Positions 10,638-18,718 of a DNA stretch of 64,000 nucleotides are shown here, one piece after another; position 1 is the first letter of the stretch, and the number at the start of each line of letters is the position of its first letter. Source of the DNA: an uncultured Actinomycetes bacterium (GTDB lineage: Bacteria; Actinomycetota; Acidimicrobiia; IMCC26256; PALSA-555); NCBI GenBank assembly GCA_963714105.1, contig OY970233.1, positions 225,154 through 289,153 on the forward strand, written 5' to 3'. The position numbers were made by a program, and so were the translations under genes. The notes under the pieces are model-generated. The model saw only the letters and a program-made list of their open reading frames with translations, was not told the DNA's origin and made no database searches.

Positions 10638-11078
10638 CTAGGCCCCTGTCCCCGTTCCGGTCATTTGCTCAGAAGCGCTGACCGTTTGCCCCGATCCCGT
10701 GTCCATCGCGGTGACCGAGAACGTCGCCGGGAAGCCGCCCGTCGTCATCCCGGGGCAGAACTGGACGGTGACGCTGCAGCTCTGCCCGGGGGCCAGCGAG
10801 CCGGAGCAGGTGTTGCCCGGGAAGCTGTAGACCCCGTTCGTGGTGGACCACGAGAGGGACTGAGCCGTGCGGCCGCCGGTGTTGGTGACGGTCACCCCGA
10901 GGTCGGGCATGTTGTGGTTCGAGCCGTCGGGGAAGTTGAGCACGGTCGGGTTGAGGGACAAGTTGGCCGCCGTGGGCGGCTTCGGCGCGGCCGGGGGCGG
11001 GGCGCACGCGGCCACCCCGATCGCGACGGTGGCGGCCGCCAAGCCGAGCCCGGCCCGCACCCGTGCTCCTCGTCGCAT
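10638..11078 (-). CDS. secreted lipoprotein with single Ig-like (choice-of-anchor D/ASH-like) domain
   Basis: Arg-rich N-terminus, hydrophobic stretch, lipobox VAAC, then VTVTNTG...CSGSLAPGQSCSVTVQF. Confidence 0.7.
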   Translation of the reverse strand: MRRGARVRAGLGLAAATVAIGVAACAPPPAAPKPPTAANLSLNPTVLNFPDGSNHNMPDLGVTVTNTGGRTAQSLSWSTTNGVYSFPGNTCSGSLAPGQSCSVTVQFCPGMTTGGFPATFSVTAMDTGSGQTVSASEQMTGTGTGA

Positions 11079-11125
11079 CAGGGTCCCTCCCTCACCCCAG
11101 GTGCAGACGCCTGGGCACGCGTCGT

Positions 11126-11154
11126 GTATCGGCTGGGCCGCTCCGGCGCTTGAG
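11126..11154 (-). promoter_or_regulatory. putative sigma-28/FliA/WhiG-type promoter
   Basis: Minus strand CTCAAG-N15-GCCGATAC, about 48 nt upstream of the ATG at 11078. Confidence 0.6.
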
Positions 11155-11286
11155 CCGTCGGGGGCGGCCCCCGACCGTCGTCACCGGCGCCGACCCGGGC
11201 TTCCCGGCCGTCTCGCGACACCGGTCGGTTGCGCGGAGCCACCGCCCCGGGCGACTGAGGCTCGGTAGAACCTCGGCGGCGGCTGG

Positions 11287-12309
11287 TCAGGGCAGCGGGT
11301 GCGCGGCGAAGAAGGACCAGATCACCGCGTTGGCGTTCAGCTCGGAAGATTGGGGACCGAGGATCCGGGTGATCCGCCGCGGTAACGGTGGCCCTCCCGG
11401 CCACGTGTGACCGGCGCCGTCGAGCGTGTAGAGCTCCACGGCGGCGTTCGCGGCGCAACGCCCGTAGGTGGCCAATCGAACCCCGGTTGCGGGTGTCGTG
11501 ATCGACGGGGTGCTCGAGCATGCGTCCTGCTCGGCCCAGCGTTGCGCGGCGTCCGGGACGCTGTAGGTCCAATAGCGCTGCCCGTTGCCGTTGTACGGGT
11601 CGATCGGGTCGTCGGTGCCGTGGACGCTGATGACGGGCACCGGACGGGTGGTCGGACACGGTGTGGGTCGGCGCAGCCCGCTGACCGGGGCGATCGCGGC
11701 GATGCGGGCCGATTGGGTGCAGCCGAGCTGGCTGGCCAGGCGGGCACCGCCCGAGAAGCCGGTGACGTAGACGCGGCTCGGATCGATGCAGTGGTGCTGG
11801 CTCAGGTAGGTGATCGCCTGCGAGACGAACGTCACGTCATCGGCTGAGCCCTTCGGTACTGGCCGGCCGCCGACGAGGGGCTGACCGGGCACGTTCCAGT
11901 CGTAACCGGTCGACGAGGCGATCGCCCCTTGCGGGTAGGCGACAACGAACCTGTCGGTGTCCGCGGTGGCGTCCATGCCGGTGAACGCCTCTTGCTGGGC
12001 AGCGGTGGATCCGCTGCCGTGGAGGTTCAGCACCAACGGGAGCGGCGTTTGCCCCGTCGAGCCAACCGGGGTGTGGACGACGAGGGTGCGGGTCCTGCCC
12101 GCGATCGCGGCGCGCACCGTGGTCGACCGACCGCCGAAAGCGCCGGCGCACCGAGAGCCAGCTGTTCCGTTCGCGTCGGGGAGTCGCGACGCCCAAGCCG
12201 CGGTGCTGTTGGCTCCGAGGAGGGCCACGACGATAATTGCCGTCAGCGGGGCTCCCCATCTCGTGGCGAGCCCCGCGCGATCCCGCGTCGCTCCGGTTCG
12301 CCGTCGCAT
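11287..12309 (-). CDS. secreted PHB depolymerase family esterase (LpqC/LpqP-like)
   Basis: Signal peptide, LNLHG, VAYPQG, GFSGG nucleophile elbow, HGTDD, GHTWPGG. Confidence 0.85.
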   Translation of the reverse strand: MRRRTGATRDRAGLATRWGAPLTAIIVVALLGANSTAAWASRLPDANGTAGSRCAGAFGGRSTTVRAAIAGRTRTLVVHTPVGSTGQTPLPLVLNLHGSGSTAAQQEAFTGMDATADTDRFVVAYPQGAIASSTGYDWNVPGQPLVGGRPVPKGSADDVTFVSQAITYLSQHHCIDPSRVYVTGFSGGARLASQLGCTQSARIAAIAPVSGLRRPTPCPTTRPVPVISVHGTDDPIDPYNGNGQRYWTYSVPDAAQRWAEQDACSSTPSITTPATGVRLATYGRCAANAAVELYTLDGAGHTWPGGPPLPRRITRILGPQSSELNANAVIWSFFAAHPLP

Positions 12310-12473
12310 GCCCCGCTCCCCACGTCTCGAGCGTCCGCCGGTCTGTCAGTGCGTGCAGCATTCTTGACGCCGCGCCGCGGTCGCCGACGTCACCTCCGGG
12401 CACGGGTCGATGGGTGCGAGGTTCAGCCGACGGGAGACCGGGTGATCCTCGACCTGGCGTCAGTGGCTGCGGC

Positions 12474-12920
12474 TCACAGCCGGAGCGGCTTGACCGGCGA
12501 GAGGACGGCTTCGGGATCACGCCAGTCGCTGCCGGGAACGTCGATGTAGAGCTCGACCTCGTTGCCGTCGGGGTCGAGGAGGTAGAGGCTATGGGTCACG
12601 GTGTGATCCGACGCTCCGACCACTTCCACTCCCGCGGCCTGCACTCGCGCGAGGGCTTCTCGGAGCTCGTCGTCGCTGTCCCCCACCTTGAGCCCGAAGT
12701 GGTACAGCCCCACGCGACGTCCGCCGGGAATGGGTGCCGCGTCGGGACCCACTTCGATGAGGAGCAGCTCGTGGTGGGTACGGCCCGACGTGAACGCGGC
12801 CGCGGGCATCGTCGCGGGGCGTTCCAGCTCGTTCCAACCGAGCACGTCCCGGTAGAAGGCCTCAGACCGTTCGAGGTCCCGCACGTAGAGCACCAGATGG
12901 CCCAGTTCCTTGACCGTCAT
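12474..12920 (-). CDS. VOC family protein (catechol dioxygenase/glyoxalase-like)
   Basis: MTVKELGHLVLYVRDL...HHELLL...GLYHFG...SLYLLDPDGNEVEL. Confidence 0.88.
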   Translation of the reverse strand: MTVKELGHLVLYVRDLERSEAFYRDVLGWNELERPATMPAAAFTSGRTHHELLLIEVGPDAAPIPGGRRVGLYHFGLKVGDSDDELREALARVQAAGVEVVGASDHTVTHSLYLLDPDGNEVELYIDVPGSDWRDPEAVLSPVKPLRL

Positions 12921-13082
12921 GCCTTCACCTTCCGCCAGCCTCGCGGGTTCCAGCGTCGAGCCGGTTGCTCGTATTCCCAAACCGCCGCGGTGACCCGCGT
13001 CGGCCCGGCCACGCGGACGACGAGTCGGGCGCGGCGCGACTCGGATTCTGCCGGCGCGGGGACGGCCGATAGCGTGCCTGAC

Positions 13083-13889
13083 GTGCGTTTCGGGCTCCAC
13101 GTTCCCCAGCTCGGGGTCCTGGGGGACCCGGTGCAGCTCGTCGACCTCGCCGAACGCGCGGACGCCGCCGGATGGGATGGCTTCTTCGTCTGGGATCACC
13201 TGATGCACGCGGGCGATCTTCCCGCGTGCGATCCGTGGGTCGCGCTCGGCGCGATTGCCGGCCGGACACGGCAGCTCACGCTGGGCCCGCTGGTGACGCC
13301 GCTGCCCCGTCGACGCCCGTGGAAGGTGGCGCGGGAGGCGGTGACGCTGGATCGCCTCGCGGGTGGCCGCTCGGTGCTGGGGGTCGGGATCGGAACCGAT
13401 CACTACCGAGAGTTCTCCGCGTTCGACGAGGGAGCGACCGATGATCACCAGCGCGCCGCGCTGCTCGACGAGGGTCTGGACATCATCACGTCCCTCTGGG
13501 AGAGCCGCCGGGTGACGCACGTCGGAGAGCACCTTCACGTCGACGCGGTGTTGCAGGTCCCCGGCCCGGTCCAAGAGCCGCGAATCCCGATCTGGTGCGC
13601 GGCGATCTGGCCGCACCGCACGCCACTATGGCGAGCTGCCCGGTGGGACGGCGTGGTCCCGATGGGCAGGCTGACTCCGGGTGATGTCGCGGCGCTGAGA
13701 GCCGAGGTGGATCGGCACCGGGTGGTGAGCGCACCGTTCGACGTCGTCCTGGCGACGGCCGCGGCTCGCGACTCCCGAATCGACGACTACGAGGCTGCCG
13801 GTGTCACCTGGTGGCTGGTCTCGCTCGATGCCCGGTCGCCGATCGGCAGCCTCCGAGCGGTCGTGGCCGATGGACCCCCGCGAGGTTGA
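13083..13889 (+). CDS. LLM class flavin-dependent oxidoreductase
   Basis: GWDGFFVWDH, DPWVALGAIA, VTPLPRRRPWKVARE, RIPIW. Start chosen from TAGCGT 7 nt upstream; GTG 13074 is an alternative. Confidence 0.88.
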   Translation: MRFGLHVPQLGVLGDPVQLVDLAERADAAGWDGFFVWDHLMHAGDLPACDPWVALGAIAGRTRQLTLGPLVTPLPRRRPWKVAREAVTLDRLAGGRSVLGVGIGTDHYREFSAFDEGATDDHQRAALLDEGLDIITSLWESRRVTHVGEHLHVDAVLQVPGPVQEPRIPIWCAAIWPHRTPLWRAARWDGVVPMGRLTPGDVAALRAEVDRHRVVSAPFDVVLATAAARDSRIDDYEAAGVTWWLVSLDARSPIGSLRAVVADGPPRG

Positions 13890-14382
13890 ACCGCCGGGTC
13901 GCCCCGGTGGAGAGGCCGTGCCGATCGTCGAGCTCATCCGCGACGCGGTGCTCGAGGAGCTCCCGGCCCTCGAGGCGCTGCAACGACGAGCTTCGATGGT
14001 CTGGGAGGAGTACCGCGACCAGCTGGCGGCGAACCCGGACGCCATCGTGATCCCGCGAGCCGACATCGTGGAGCACCGCACCCGCGTCGCGTGGGGTGCG
14101 GGGCGACGGATCGGCTTCTCGGTGGTCCTCGCACCCCGCGGCGGCGTGTGCGAGCTCGACGGTCTCTTCATCGAGCCCGACTGCTGGCGTCGGGGTGCGG
14201 GTCGTGCACTCATCGACGACGTCGTGGGGAACGCGATCCGGTCCCGCACGTCGAGCCTCGCGGTGACCGCGAACCCGCGTGCGGTCTCGTTCTACGAGGC
14301 GTTGGGTTTCCGTGGTACCGGCACCGTCGCGACACGGTTCGGCCCCGGCCTCCGCATGCGACGGGAGCTGCGGCCATCGTGA
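13870..14382 (+). CDS. GNAT family N-acetyltransferase
   Basis: LDGLFIEPDCWRRGAGRAL, ANPRAVSFYEALGF. Start uncertain. Confidence 0.85.
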   Translation: MDPREVEPPGRPGGEAVPIVELIRDAVLEELPALEALQRRASMVWEEYRDQLAANPDAIVIPRADIVEHRTRVAWGAGRRIGFSVVLAPRGGVCELDGLFIEPDCWRRGAGRALIDDVVGNAIRSRTSSLAVTANPRAVSFYEALGFRGTGTVATRFGPGLRMRRELRPS

Positions 14383-14433
14383 CCCTGGCGCCGGTGGCGC
14401 GTGACCCGACGGGCTGAACGTGTGAGCGGGCGG

Positions 14434-15597
14434 TCAGGTGAGGGTGGGTGTTCGGCTCAGGCGGCGGCGCCAGAAGAAGAGGACGATGAGCCCCGCGACG
14501 ACCGCCGAGGATCCCGTGACGACGAGTGAGCCGACTCTGTCGGAGACGATCGGCACCGGATTGGTCGCGCAGGCCTTGCTTCCGGGTGCGCTCAGGTTGT
14601 TGTTGGTGAGGAACCACTGGATGTTGTTCTTGTACGTCACGACGAAGACGTTGTCGTTCCGCCCCGCGAGGAAGCTGGTCGGCTGTCCGGCGTCTTGACC
14701 GCTGGTCCCGCTGAAGTGGTTCTGCCCACCGATCGGCACCGTCTGGGCTGTCGAGTAGGGGTTGTAGTAGCCGAAGAGCGAGTTCGTCATGCCGGTGCCT
14801 TTGTCGACGAAGTCGCACTCGAGGATCGGGGACACGAGCGCGGTTCGGCCGTACCAGGCACCCGAGCCGGGATTGGAGGAGCACGTCGTTCCACCGGGGG
14901 CGCTCAGGTTGTTGCCCGTGAGGAACCAGTTCGTGTTGCCTTGGATCGTCTCGATGAAGACGTTGTCGTGGCGACCCGGTAGGAACGTGCTCGGCTGCCC
15001 GGAGTTGCTCGCGAGGCCGCCGTTAGTGAACTGGTTCTGCTCGCTGCCCGCGGTCACCGTCTCGGCGGTCGAGAACGGGTTGGTGTAGCCGAACTGGGCG
15101 TTGTACACGCCGGTGGTGGGGTCTTTCCAACTGCACGCGAGGATCGGGAAGACGATCGGGTTCCCGTAGAACGGCCCGGCACCGGGGTTGGTCGAGCAGG
15201 TCTGGTTGCTCGGGGCGTTGACGTTCGTGTTCTGCAGCACCCACTGGATCGTCTGCTGGTGGGTGACGACGAAGACGTTGTCGTGCTTGCCGGGCAGGAA
15301 GGTCGTCGGCTGGCCGGAGTTCTGCGGGAGGCCGCCGCTCTCGAACGCGTTCTGATCCCCGATCGCGACCGTGACCGCGGTCGAGTTCGGGTTGCTGTAC
15401 CCGAAGGACGAGTTGTACATCCCGGTGCTCGGGTCCTTCCAGCTGCAGTCCAGGACCGGGGTCACGTTCTGGGTCGCCACCGCCGCCCCGGCCGGCCCGG
15501 CGCTCAGGAGCACACCGACGAAGAGGGGCCCGACGGCGCACACGCACAGCAACAAGGGCCGCCACGCGCGAGTTCGGCGTGCTGGCAATCCCGGCAC
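14434..15597 (-). CDS. surface protein: signal peptide, three tandem ~100-aa Cys-bracketed repeats, C-terminal membrane anchor
   Basis: Three copies of P(V/I)LxC...FGYxNP...NxF...GQPxxFLxGxxDNVF...W.L...C; ends NPVPIVSD + hydrophobic helix + WRRR. Confidence 0.8.
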   Translation of the reverse strand: MPGLPARRTRAWRPLLLCVCAVGPLFVGVLLSAGPAGAAVATQNVTPVLDCSWKDPSTGMYNSSFGYSNPNSTAVTVAIGDQNAFESGGLPQNSGQPTTFLPGKHDNVFVVTHQQTIQWVLQNTNVNAPSNQTCSTNPGAGPFYGNPIVFPILACSWKDPTTGVYNAQFGYTNPFSTAETVTAGSEQNQFTNGGLASNSGQPSTFLPGRHDNVFIETIQGNTNWFLTGNNLSAPGGTTCSSNPGSGAWYGRTALVSPILECDFVDKGTGMTNSLFGYYNPYSTAQTVPIGGQNHFSGTSGQDAGQPTSFLAGRNDNVFVVTYKNNIQWFLTNNNLSAPGSKACATNPVPIVSDRVGSLVVTGSSAVVAGLIVLFFWRRRLSRTPTLT

Positions 15598-15621
15598 CGC
15601 CCCTCCTCCCAGTCCTTCGAC

Positions 15622-15650
15622 CTATCGACACCCGCCGCCGACCGCTTGAG
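15622..15650 (-). promoter_or_regulatory. putative sigma-28/FliA/WhiG-type promoter
   Basis: Minus strand CTCAAG-N15-GTCGATAG, followed by GGAGG RBS and GTG at 15597. Confidence 0.6.
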
Positions 15651-15684
15651 GCCCGACGGCCGGGCCGTCGCGATTGGGCCTGCG

Positions 15685-15854
15685 TGGACGCCCTCATCAG
15701 CCCGCCTCGTCGACAAGCCCCCGTCCCCATCGAGCGGGCCGTCGACATTCTGAGAGACGGCCGGGCGACGCATTTCGACCCCGAGCTCATCGACGTGTTC
15801 CTCGACCACCTCGATGAGATGGCGGAGATCCACCGGCGCGACCCGGACGAGTAG
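15685..15854 (+). pseudogene. remnant of the C-terminus of an HD-GYP c-di-GMP phosphodiesterase
   Basis: DALISPPRRQAPVPIERAVDILRDGRATHFDPELIDVFLDHLDEM resembles the HD-GYP tail (DALTS.RPY...HFDP.LVD.F). No upstream HD core. Confidence 0.55.
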
Positions 15855-15920
15855 CGCGCCCTCGAGCCGCTCCGGTCCGTACCCGCGACTCGGGAGCGGG
15901 CGGCCTCAGCGCCCGGATAG

Positions 15921-16598
15921 CTAGGCCGAGAGCCCGCTCACGCCTTTCCCGATCAGGACCACCCCGATCACGAGCAGCAGCACCGCCATCACCACCGCGT
16001 TGTTCTGGCCGAGCCACGAATTCATGTCGTCCAATGTCTGCTGAGCTTTCGCACCCGCGACCCGGTACACGACGAGCGGGGCCGCGACGGTGCTACCCGC
16101 GATGAGGACGAACACGGCGACGGTCACGGCTTCCTCACCGACCGCGAGGTGATACTGCGACACCGCGACCATCGCCCCGGCGATGATCAGCAGGTTCTTC
16201 GGGTTGATCGCCGACAGCGCCACCCCGAGCCCGGCCGCCTTCATGGGCGTGAACGCTTGGACCCCCTGGAGCCACTTGGGCAGCTCGGCTTGGTCGCCGG
16301 GTCTCGGCCGTTGCTTGAAGTTGCGGAAGGCGAGGAGCAGGACCAGCACCCCGAGGACCAGCTTGATCACGGACGACGAGTTCGATGGTGAGCCGTTCGC
16401 GTTCGTGTCGATCAGACCCGACAACGCGAGCAAGATCGCGCACGCACCGGCCACACCGAGGATCCATCCCCCAAGCAGTGCGCGGCTGTTCGGAGCCGCC
16501 CGCGCCGAGAGCAGCATCAAGATCACCGCGATGACCGGTATCGGGCTGACCGCCACGCCGATCGCAAACGGCAGGACATCTCCGATTGCCTGACCCAC
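15921..16598 (-). CDS. GAP family (Gap/Sap glycolipid-addressing) membrane protein
   Basis: AIGVAVSPIPVIAVILML, INPKNL, WLGQNNAVVMAVLLLVIG; about 6 TM helices. Confidence 0.85.
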   Translation of the reverse strand: MGQAIGDVLPFAIGVAVSPIPVIAVILMLLSARAAPNSRALLGGWILGVAGACAILLALSGLIDTNANGSPSNSSSVIKLVLGVLVLLLAFRNFKQRPRPGDQAELPKWLQGVQAFTPMKAAGLGVALSAINPKNLLIIAGAMVAVSQYHLAVGEEAVTVAVFVLIAGSTVAAPLVVYRVAGAKAQQTLDDMNSWLGQNNAVVMAVLLLVIGVVLIGKGVSGLSA

Positions 16599-16851
16599 GT
16601 CGCCCTTTCCCGCGCACGGACCGCGTGCCGATGCCTCGCGGATACAGGGAGCGCGGCCCTATACCGCAGGAACGGTAGATCATTCGCGAGGCCGCCGAGG
16701 CGGACCGAGCAGCCGACACGCACAGGCGCTGGCCGAAGGAGAGCCCGAAGCGTTCGAGCTCGGCGCTGATCACTCGCTTCGAGTTGCGCCTGCGCCCGGC
16801 GCAGGCGAGGCGGAGGGTGTACGAGATCTCGGCCATGACCGCGAGGAACGC

Positions 16852-17691
16852 TCAGGGGGTGGGAGCGACGTTGAACGTGACGCTGCCGGGCGCGAGCCGC
16901 CCCTCGATGTAGGGGAGCGGTCCTTCGGGGAGCTGCCAGATCGCGCCGAACGGTCCGGGCAGGGGTCGACCGTCGACGAGCTCCCAGCGCTGCACGGGCG
17001 TCCTCCATTCGGCGCGGATGAGGCCGCAGGGAAGGTCGGCGAAGCGGTCGGTGGTGCTGAAGTCGCGCGGCGCGCCGCGCTCATCGAGGTCCACGCGACC
17101 GGTGACCGTGCGACCGGCGTCCGTCAGGGTCACGTCGAAGGTGTGTTCGTCGACGCCCGACCAGGTTGTCGTCGGGCGCAAGAGCATCGATGGGGCGATC
17201 AGCAGCGCGTCGTTCAGGTAGGTGGTGAGCTCGCCGAGGTCGAACTCGTCGCCTTGCCCGTCGGCGACGGTCACTCGCCCGAAGAGCGAGCCGAGCATTC
17301 GGCCGTGTCCGCGGAGATAGGTGTCGCGGCCGATCATGGGGACCACACCCGCGAACCGGAGCCGCGTCACGAAGACGCGGCCGATCTCGAGGCCCGAGTT
17401 GTACTGCCACGCCTCGGCAGGCATCCATCCGAGCCGCGGCCGAAGCCGGAAGCGGCCGACGAATCGAGCCCGGAACGACCAGTCTCGTGGCCGGCCGATC
17501 GCCCTCATGAAGCGGAAGTACCGCTGCACGGCCTCAGGAAAGGCGTTCACGCCAGCTTCGGACACTGGCGTGTCGTCTCCAGGGCCGACAGGCAGCCCTG
17601 CGGCTGTGAGCTCTTCGCCGAAGCGGCGGACCAGCTGGGACCGCGAGGCGCTCGGGTCACCGGCCTCGCCGCTTCCGCCTGCCTTTCTCAC
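16852..17691 (-). CDS. conserved hypothetical protein (DUF6544-like)
   Basis: FPEAVQRYFRF...WMPAEAWQYNS...GRDTYLRGHGRM...ELTTYLND...FSTTDR. Start uncertain. Confidence 0.7.
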   Translation of the reverse strand: MRKAGGSGEAGDPSASRSQLVRRFGEELTAAGLPVGPGDDTPVSEAGVNAFPEAVQRYFRFMRAIGRPRDWSFRARFVGRFRLRPRLGWMPAEAWQYNSGLEIGRVFVTRLRFAGVVPMIGRDTYLRGHGRMLGSLFGRVTVADGQGDEFDLGELTTYLNDALLIAPSMLLRPTTTWSGVDEHTFDVTLTDAGRTVTGRVDLDERGAPRDFSTTDRFADLPCGLIRAEWRTPVQRWELVDGRPLPGPFGAIWQLPEGPLPYIEGRLAPGSVTFNVAPTP

Positions 17692-17839
17692 CGCGAAACC
17701 GCCCTCGCCCGGGCCCGCTTCGCGTCCGGTGCGGCCGCGCGGCGACGGCGGGTCGAATCCCGCGTCGTTGCGGGGCCGGGGCTTCGACCTGCGCTGCGCG
17801 AGGTCCGACGCGGCCGGTCGCTCAGATGGTCGGTCTCCC

Positions 17840-18469
17840 TCACGCCTTCGACGGTTCGGGCGCGCGGCTTCTGGCGTCGTCTCGCACCGACTCGACGAGG
17901 CCGTTCGCGAGCACGTGGGCGCCGGGACCGACGCCCAGGGTCCAGTAGCGACGGAACTGCCGTCGCGCGCGCTGGTCGGTGGTTGCGGTTCGCATGGTCG
18001 CTTCGAGGAGGCAACGGCCGGGCTCGAGGGACCGGATGGTGAGCAGGTAGAGGGTCTTCGCGTAGCCGGGCTCTTCGAACGACTCAAAGGTCTCGGCGGT
18101 GACGTCGGCGAACTGGATGACGGGCCGCCAGAACTTCCCGACGAGACCTAAGGCGATGCCTCGCGGCGCATCCTTGGCGAGCAGGACCCATCCACCACCG
18201 GCCATCGGCAGTGAGGTGAGCTCTTCGAGAGTGAGACGCTCCGGGCGCTTCGGAAGGGCTTGGCGTCGCACCAGCTGCGTGGCGAGGTCGGGGAGCGCGC
18301 GAGCCGCGCCGAGCAGCCCGATCAGCGGCTTCTGGCGGCCCAGTCTGATGAGATCGGCCGCGAGCAAGGCGTCCCAGGTCACCGCTGGGTCTGCGTCGAC
18401 CAGCGTCGCCACGGTGTCGGAGACGTCGTAGAGGGGAAGGAACTCGTTCGCCTCCATCAGCCATTCCAC
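17840..18469 (-). CDS. conserved hypothetical protein (DUF2867-like)
   Basis: FLPLYD...GLVGKFWRP...FEEPGYAK...ARRQFRRYW; coherent codon usage. Confidence 0.7.
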   Translation of the reverse strand: MEWLMEANEFLPLYDVSDTVATLVDADPAVTWDALLAADLIRLGRQKPLIGLLGAARALPDLATQLVRRQALPKRPERLTLEELTSLPMAGGGWVLLAKDAPRGIALGLVGKFWRPVIQFADVTAETFESFEEPGYAKTLYLLTIRSLEPGRCLLEATMRTATTDQRARRQFRRYWTLGVGPGAHVLANGLVESVRDDARSRAPEPSKA

Positions 18470-18718
18470 CTCGGGTGTCTCGGCGCGGGGGGCGGCCCGT
18501 TCTTCGTGAGGTCAGCACATCAGATCGGCTCGGTGACCTCTAGGGTCGAACGTCACAACGCGCAACGATCAGTTGATCGGGCGAGTCGTTGGGCGACCCG
18601 AATGCTCGCATCGGGTGAACGGCGAGCCCGACCGACAACCGCCGGACCTCGACGGCGACATCCCGCGTTCGCTGGGTAGACACTCAGGTCACGCGAGGTG
18701 CTCCCCCGCACGTGCAGG

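Noticed and set aside
12340-12368. Fourth sigma-28-like promoter before the esterase (GTCAAG-N15-GACAGACC); similarly CTCAGG-N17-GCCCATAG near 49640-49680
   Set aside because: Mismatched -10 or wrong spacing. Too weak without a genome-wide matrix.
16620-16850. Possible small minus-strand ORF MAEISYTLRL...ELERFGLSFGQRL
   Set aside because: Some coding-like bias but no recognisable family or clean boundaries. At best a gene remnant.
17741-17806. GCGGG-TCGAAT-CCCGC resembling a tRNA T-arm
   Set aside because: The loop lacks a T, and no acceptor, D or anticodon arms can be built. More likely simple intergenic hairpins.
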